From: Bdellovibrionales bacterium
GTDB lineage: Bacteria; Bdellovibrionota; Bdellovibrionia; Bdellovibrionales; Bdellovibrionaceae
DNA length: 64,000 bases
Direction: 5' to 3'
NCBI GenBank assembly: GCA_031370005.1
Contig: JANMPT010000028.1
Span: 96,001-160,000 of the forward strand
How positions within the stretch are numbered: position 1 is the first letter of the stretch; each line of letters begins with the position of its first letter. Under the pieces are notes generated by a model. That model did not search any database, was not told the DNA's origin, and saw only the letters and a program-made list of their open reading frames with translations. Below are positions 59,295-64,000 of this stretch, one piece after another. Both the position numbers and the translations under genes were made by a program.

Positions 59295-60797
59295 ATGAAA
59301 ACAATTTTTAACTCAATTCTAGCGATCCTACTTGTACTTACAGGAGCAGGCATTGCACAGGCACAAGGGAAACTAAGTAGTAACAATGATACGCCGGTCG
59401 AAAAAGGTGGTCCCTATGATCGGGTTTATTACCCGAAAAATGCACCAGCTGCAGGTGAGGGCGCTTTTTTTCCTCAAGAATGGCTATATGCTTACGGCAA
59501 TATAGAGCGTAATGCGCCAGCACCCCAAGTACTTGATAGCGCTCCTGCTTGGGTCAGGGATGGGGTTTCTTGGCAGTTCGCTGAGGCGCGCTCATGGCCC
59601 CTTGCAAATAAATCCTACGACAGTTATGCGATTGGCGAAGCCAGTAGTGATACAACCATGACCCAGTGGATGGGAAATACGCTGGGAGTGACTGCAGTTG
59701 ATGGCATTATCTACGCACAAAGCAGTGATCAATTTATTTATGCGGTGAATGCCCAAACTGGAAAGCTCATCTGGCGCACCAGTCCTGTTAGCACAACCTT
59801 CATGGGACAGCCGCTTGTTCAAGGAGATATTGTATATGTAAATGCTGGAACGGTTGGCTTTAACTTCTCTAATATTCAAGCCTTTGCAAAAGTTGGCAGC
59901 GCAATTCGCGGTGCCGGCGTGGAGTTCAACGGCATTTATGCGCTGAACCGCCGGACGGGAGAATTACTGTGGCATTTCGATACCAAGGGCGATGCTATGC
60001 CGACACCTGCAATCAATGATGGGCAACTCATTTTTTCTACAGGTGCCGGTGAAGTATTCGCACTTGATTCAAAATCGGGTAAACAGCTATGGGTGAACAA
60101 GGTCGGCGGAATGGGCAATATGTCCAGTCCGGCAGTTTACAATAATAAAATTTACGTCGGCATGTCATCTCCGGCTTTCCTGTTTTGTCTTGATGCTAAA
60201 ACTGGCAAGACACTCTGGAAAGGGCAAATTCCACAAGCAGTTAATACTGGCATAGGAGATGTCTCTCCGGCGGTATCCGATGGGATTGTAGTAACAGATG
60301 CCGTCTCTTCCTCAAAAACCATCAATGGCAAAGACACCGTGGATGTTACGATCGGGGCATTCAACAGTGAAACTGGAAAACTACTGTGGACCCATAAGAT
60401 GGGACGCGGATCCAAACCTCCTGCCTTTAAAGGCGGTGTTCCGATGATTCATGACGGAACGGTATATGTCGGCGCGCCCGTCAAAAGCCTCTACCAGGCG
60501 CTCGATCTAAAAACTGGCAAGCTTCTCTGGACCTGGATGGTCCCAGAACCAGGACCTGCGGGCGCTGCACGCGGCCCTGCCACCTTCTATGACGGAGTAT
60601 TATACATTGCTACTGTTGGCTCCGTTTATGCTGTAAATCCAAAAACTGGTGTCCTCCTTGGTCAAAAACATATTGGCGGGCGCTTCGGCCTCGTTAGCCC
60701 AACCATCGTCGGTGGTACAATCTATCTAGGTAACTCATGGGACTGGATAATCGCGCTCCCCGTATCAGAGGTGAATCCAAATTGGCATCACCTGTAG
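59295..60797 (+). CDS. tetH: Tetrathionate hydrolase (TetH)-like PQQ-type beta-propeller protein
   Basis: Sec signal (AQA); G...W propeller repeats; blocks GVSW.F.EAR.WPLAN, FNGIYALNR, NTGIGDVSP, PAFKGGVPMIH and NSWDWI match Acidithiobacillus TetH as recalled from memory. Confidence 0.8.
   Translation: MKTIFNSILAILLVLTGAGIAQAQGKLSSNNDTPVEKGGPYDRVYYPKNAPAAGEGAFFPQEWLYAYGNIERNAPAPQVLDSAPAWVRDGVSWQFAEARSWPLANKSYDSYAIGEASSDTTMTQWMGNTLGVTAVDGIIYAQSSDQFIYAVNAQTGKLIWRTSPVSTTFMGQPLVQGDIVYVNAGTVGFNFSNIQAFAKVGSAIRGAGVEFNGIYALNRRTGELLWHFDTKGDAMPTPAINDGQLIFSTGAGEVFALDSKSGKQLWVNKVGGMGNMSSPAVYNNKIYVGMSSPAFLFCLDAKTGKTLWKGQIPQAVNTGIGDVSPAVSDGIVVTDAVSSSKTINGKDTVDVTIGAFNSETGKLLWTHKMGRGSKPPAFKGGVPMIHDGTVYVGAPVKSLYQALDLKTGKLLWTWMVPEPGPAGAARGPATFYDGVLYIATVGSVYAVNPKTGVLLGQKHIGGRFGLVSPTIVGGTIYLGNSWDWIIALPVSEVNPNWHHL
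60755..60793 (+). repeat. Direct repeat copy 2 (3' end of the TetH-like gene)
   Basis: 32/39 nt identical to 53692-53730. Confidence 0.8.
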
Positions 60798-60819
60798 TAT
60801 AAGCGCCTCGGCGCTTATA
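60798..60819. terminator. Hairpin between convergent genes (possible bidirectional terminator)
   Basis: TATAAGCGC-CTCG-GCGCTTATA immediately after the tetH-like stop codon. Confidence 0.55.
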
Positions 60820-60829
60820 TACGGTCGGC

Positions 60830-61462
60830 TTACCTCTGCCCAAAGAAAAGAAAGAAGTCTTTATCATTGTATTTTTTCATAAAGAAATATTGATGGCCAT
60901 GCTTCATCTTTTTAGCTGCTTCCTGAATTGCAAGAGCTTTCAAACACCCCAAAGTAAGACGCTTTTCCTCAATGCAATAGGGGGGAACATCTTCTACTTT
61001 CGAAAACGGAACCCATGTTATATTAAAGTAATCCAGCCCTAAGGGGCGAACCTTCAGATCAATAAAGTCATTGAGGGTCAGCTCATTTGCCTTTTTATTT
61101 GGTAAAAGAAGCCAACAGGGCTTCGCGCAGGAGCGAATTTCCTCTGGGCTCGCCGTTTCGGCGTCTTCCAAGAGATGCACAGGAGTATGAAATATTTTTT
61201 CATACTCCGCCTTCAAAAGCTCAAGAACCTTCTGAGAGTCCTCTGACTGCGGCAGAAATCCCCAAATAACATAATGGGCACTCTGAAATTCAGGGGACAG
61301 GCGAAAAACAACTCCGTCAGCAATATTATGTAGATCCGGAGAAATTACAGAAACATCAATAATCGGTGCTGAACGAAGACTAACCCCGACCTTCACTAAA
61401 TAAATCATGCAGGCCGAAATTAACAAAAAAGCAATGGATAAAATAAGAACTATTTTTTTCAT
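60830..61462 (-). CDS. Hypothetical membrane-anchored protein
   Basis: N-terminal TM segment; coupled to the upstream response regulator (TAATG). Confidence 0.7.
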   Translation of the reverse strand: MKKIVLILSIAFLLISACMIYLVKVGVSLRSAPIIDVSVISPDLHNIADGVVFRLSPEFQSAHYVIWGFLPQSEDSQKVLELLKAEYEKIFHTPVHLLEDAETASPEEIRSCAKPCWLLLPNKKANELTLNDFIDLKVRPLGLDYFNITWVPFSKVEDVPPYCIEEKRLTLGCLKALAIQEAAKKMKHGHQYFFMKKYNDKDFFLFFGQR

Positions 61463-62148
61463 TAAACGCGTTTTCTACTTCGCACCCAAAGTCGCAAAGG
61501 TGTAAGTTCTTTTTCACTCAATCCCACGAAATTTCCAGTAATTTTTCGAACACCATCCTGAGCCGGAATTTCTTCCGTAGAGACAACTCGCAGGGTTGGC
61601 ATCGGAATACCGATTTCTTTAAAAACTTCACTATGAACTTTAATCAAAGCGCCCGCTGCCGCATAAATATTGGATTGCATTGTGCAGCCGAACTCAGACA
61701 AAGATACGATTTCAGTCTTAGTCTCCAACTCCGCTTTTACGTGGATAGCCGCTTCGGCAAAGCGCGGAGGCTCTTGCTGGGCCTTATCAATAATATTTTT
61801 AATCTTTGCCAATAGAAGAGTAGGGTCAATCGGTTTAACAACATAATCATCAGCTCCCGCTTGGATACCCTTTTCAACATCTGTTTTCTCTCTTTTGCCA
61901 GTTAATAAAATCACCGGAAGACGAGCTAATTGCGGCTGACCTCTTATCGTTCGTAATAAGGCCAAACCTGTTCCTCCCACAGACATCACCACATCCGAGA
62001 TTACGAGATCAAAAGGCTCTTGACCTAAACGTGCCATGGCATCAATGGCGTTAGTGCAGGAGGTCACTAGGTGATTTTCACTTTTAAGCAATGCCTCTAG
62101 GGTCAACAAAACGCTTTGCTGATCATCGACAATAAGAATGTGTGCCAT
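61462..62148 (-). CDS. Response regulator with degenerate PilZ-like output domain
   Basis: Receiver motifs ILIVDD, SDVVM and GADDYVVKP; C-terminal beta domain with SLSEFG. Confidence 0.85.
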   Translation of the reverse strand: MAHILIVDDQQSVLLTLEALLKSENHLVTSCTNAIDAMARLGQEPFDLVISDVVMSVGGTGLALLRTIRGQPQLARLPVILLTGKREKTDVEKGIQAGADDYVVKPIDPTLLLAKIKNIIDKAQQEPPRFAEAAIHVKAELETKTEIVSLSEFGCTMQSNIYAAAGALIKVHSEVFKEIGIPMPTLRVVSTEEIPAQDGVRKITGNFVGLSEKELTPLRLWVRSRKRV

Positions 62149-62159
62149 AAAAACTCCGC

Positions 62160-63992
62160 TTACGCCGCTACTCGAGTTGAGTACTTCTGCAACTCAAATA
62201 AACTTTTTGCCAGTTGATCATCAATTGAAACTAATAATGACTTGACCTCATCCAGGCTCGCAGCATCTTCGATAGTCTGACAAAGTTTTGCAAGGCCTGT
62301 CGCACCAAGTGTCGCACTGGTTGATTTTAACGCGTGCGCCGCCTCATGAATTTCAATTAGGTTACCCTTCTGAAAAGAAGAAGTGATAACATTCACCAAA
62401 TTTGGCGCAGTGCTCGCGAAATCCTCAATCAATGCTTCTGTGAGACTCTTGTTGTTTACAACAAATTTACGAAGCTTCTCTAATGCCGCTTCATCTATAA
62501 CTTTCGGCGAAGTTTTTAGCCAGCGATGTAGCACCTTGGTCAAACGATCTAGCTCTAGGGGCTTAGTTAGAAAATCATCCATACCGACGGCAAAACAAAT
62601 ATTCCGTTCACCACTGGCTCCTTCCGCCGTCAACGCAATTATTGGTATTTTCTCGCCCGTCTGTACTTCACGAATTTTTTTCGTGGCGTCATAACCCGTC
62701 ATAACTGGCATCTGGCAATCCATAAACACGAGATCATAGGAGTTCTGCTGAATTTTTTCTACTGCGATCTGTCCATTATTGGCTACATCTACCTCTAAAC
62801 CTAATTTCTGCAAATAAGTTACGGCCACTCGCTGGTTAACTAGCTGATCTTCGGCCAAGAGGACACGACCTTTAAAAATCGGTGCGAAATGGCTTTCTTT
62901 CTCAACCGAAATTTGGTCTAAGGCGGCTTCTGGCAACTCAAGATTAAACCAGAATGTAGACCCCAAACCCACCTTACTATGAAGTCCAATCTGCCCACCC
63001 ATCAATTCAATAAGCTGGCGACAAATTGAAAGACCCAGACCAGTTCCTCCGAATTTCATACCTGATTTAGTCTGAAAGTACTTTTGAAAAAGTGACTGAC
63101 TCTCGTCCTCAGTCATTCCAGCACCCGTGTCCATCACGGAGATTTTAAGGCTGGATTTCTGCGCGTAGGACCTTACACACTCCACAGTAATACGAATATG
63201 ACCGCGCTCCGTAAACTTTACTGCATTGCCGATAAGGTTCACCATGACTTGGCGTAACCTTTCAGGATCAGCTACAAATGCCCACTCATCGCGGCCGAGA
63301 AAGCTGATCTCAAGGCCAATATTCTTTTCTTGAACTGTTGGGAAAAAAAGCTCTAAAACATCTTCACAAAGAAATTTTAAATCGAATGATCGCGGGTTTA
63401 TTTGAATCTTACCAGCTTCAATTTTCGAGTGGTCCAAGATGTCATTGATCAACCTTAAAAGGGCCTCTGCGGATCTTTTGATGATTCCCACATAGTCTTT
63501 TTGCTCTTCAGTCAGCGAGGTTTCAGCTAATAAAGTCGACATCCCCATCACACCGTTCATCGGTGTGCGAATTTCGTGGCTCATGGCCGCCAAAAAATCA
63601 GATTTCTTTCGAGCAGTGTCTAACGCAGATTCACGGGCTCTTAGCCACTCCTGCTCTGTTGCTTTACGGCGACTAATGTCACGAAACACGACAAGAGCAC
63701 CGCGAATACTGCCATCGATATCACGAAGATACCGACTGCTAATGCTGATGTAAATACCCTCAGGGTTTACCTCGTTTTGTACAAAGATCTCAAGATCTTC
63801 AACCTGCTCTCCGCGCAGTGCGCGAGCAAATGGAAGCTCCAACAGACCAATTTGCTTTAAACTATTGATTTCAAAAAAACCAAACTCCTTGGCATCTGTA
63901 TCCGAAGAAATACTTTTAATTTTATTTCCGATAATCCGCTGAGCTGCTGTATTGTAGCGGGTAAAATAACCCCTCTCATCAACAACGATCAA
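62160..63992 (-). CDS. Hybrid sensor histidine kinase (PAS-HisKA-HATPase-REC-HPt), 5' part outside the window
   Basis: MSHEIRTPMNG, NLIGNAVKFT, GGTGLGL, FMDCQMP and AHALKS motifs. Confidence 0.95.
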   Translation of the reverse strand: MIVVDERGYFTRYNTAAQRIIGNKIKSISSDTDAKEFGFFEINSLKQIGLLELPFARALRGEQVEDLEIFVQNEVNPEGIYISISSRYLRDIDGSIRGALVVFRDISRRKATEQEWLRARESALDTARKKSDFLAAMSHEIRTPMNGVMGMSTLLAETSLTEEQKDYVGIIKRSAEALLRLINDILDHSKIEAGKIQINPRSFDLKFLCEDVLELFFPTVQEKNIGLEISFLGRDEWAFVADPERLRQVMVNLIGNAVKFTERGHIRITVECVRSYAQKSSLKISVMDTGAGMTEDESQSLFQKYFQTKSGMKFGGTGLGLSICRQLIELMGGQIGLHSKVGLGSTFWFNLELPEAALDQISVEKESHFAPIFKGRVLLAEDQLVNQRVAVTYLQKLGLEVDVANNGQIAVEKIQQNSYDLVFMDCQMPVMTGYDATKKIREVQTGEKIPIIALTAEGASGERNICFAVGMDDFLTKPLELDRLTKVLHRWLKTSPKVIDEAALEKLRKFVVNNKSLTEALIEDFASTAPNLVNVITSSFQKGNLIEIHEAAHALKSTSATLGATGLAKLCQTIEDAASLDEVKSLLVSIDDQLAKSLFELQKYSTRVAA

Positions 63993-64000
63993 GGCCTCAC

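Larger units (their letters stand above)
44138..60820. mobile_element. Putative tRNA-anchored genomic island (TA system, metal efflux, TetH homologue); no integrase seen
   Basis: Starts at the tRNA 3' end; accessory gene content, long AT-rich intergenic gaps and an internal direct repeat. The right boundary is uncertain. Confidence 0.55.

Noticed and set aside
60773..60792. GAATCCA...ATCACC resembling the tRNA-Arg 3' end as a degenerate attR
   Set aside because: The spacing differs by 1 nt, the middle does not match, and it lies in coding sequence. It may be chance, so the island's right boundary remains undefined.
1..64000. CRISPR array, rRNA, IS transposase or prophage genes
   Set aside because: No regularly spaced repeats, rRNA-like sequence, transposase or phage structural motifs were seen by eye. 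The many short antisense or nested ORFs in the track are treated as shadows of real genes.

Overview
This is a chromosomal window from a Bdellovibrio-like predatory bacterium, inferred from RomR, a bacterial topoisomerase VI, TamB/TamA, an L,D-transpeptidase, a lipoprotein trypsin-like protease and FliA-type promoters. Bases 1-43.9 kb are mostly core genes: tamB/tamA, hppA, prpDBC, hutH, a DEAD-box helicase, rpe/fmt/def, lptG, romR, nadC, aconitase, top6AB, msrA, bolA/grxD, a D2HGDH-serA pair, a sigma54 regulator and lipid genes. An AT-rich divergent ThiF + FeeM/PilZ-like pair sits at 27.4-29.7 kb. At 43.9-44.2 kb a tRNA-Arg(UCU) is preceded by a duplicated 5' half and flanked by att-like repeats, resembling a 134-bp gene-less integrated element. 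A ~16.7-kb accessory island follows. It carries a small c-type cytochrome, an AbiEi/AbiEii type IV toxin-antitoxin pair, an unlisted 41-aa membrane peptide and two divergent heavy-metal-type RND/TolC systems with no full-length adaptor. It also carries a His/Cys-rich leader ORF ending in RPP, a DUF2127 gene and, most strikingly, a close homologue of acidophile tetrathionate hydrolase (TetH). The TetH gene's 3' end recurs as a 39-bp direct repeat 7 kb upstream, in front of the second TolC-RND operon. A signalling cluster ends the window. Family assignments come from motif recognition and memory, not from database searches.
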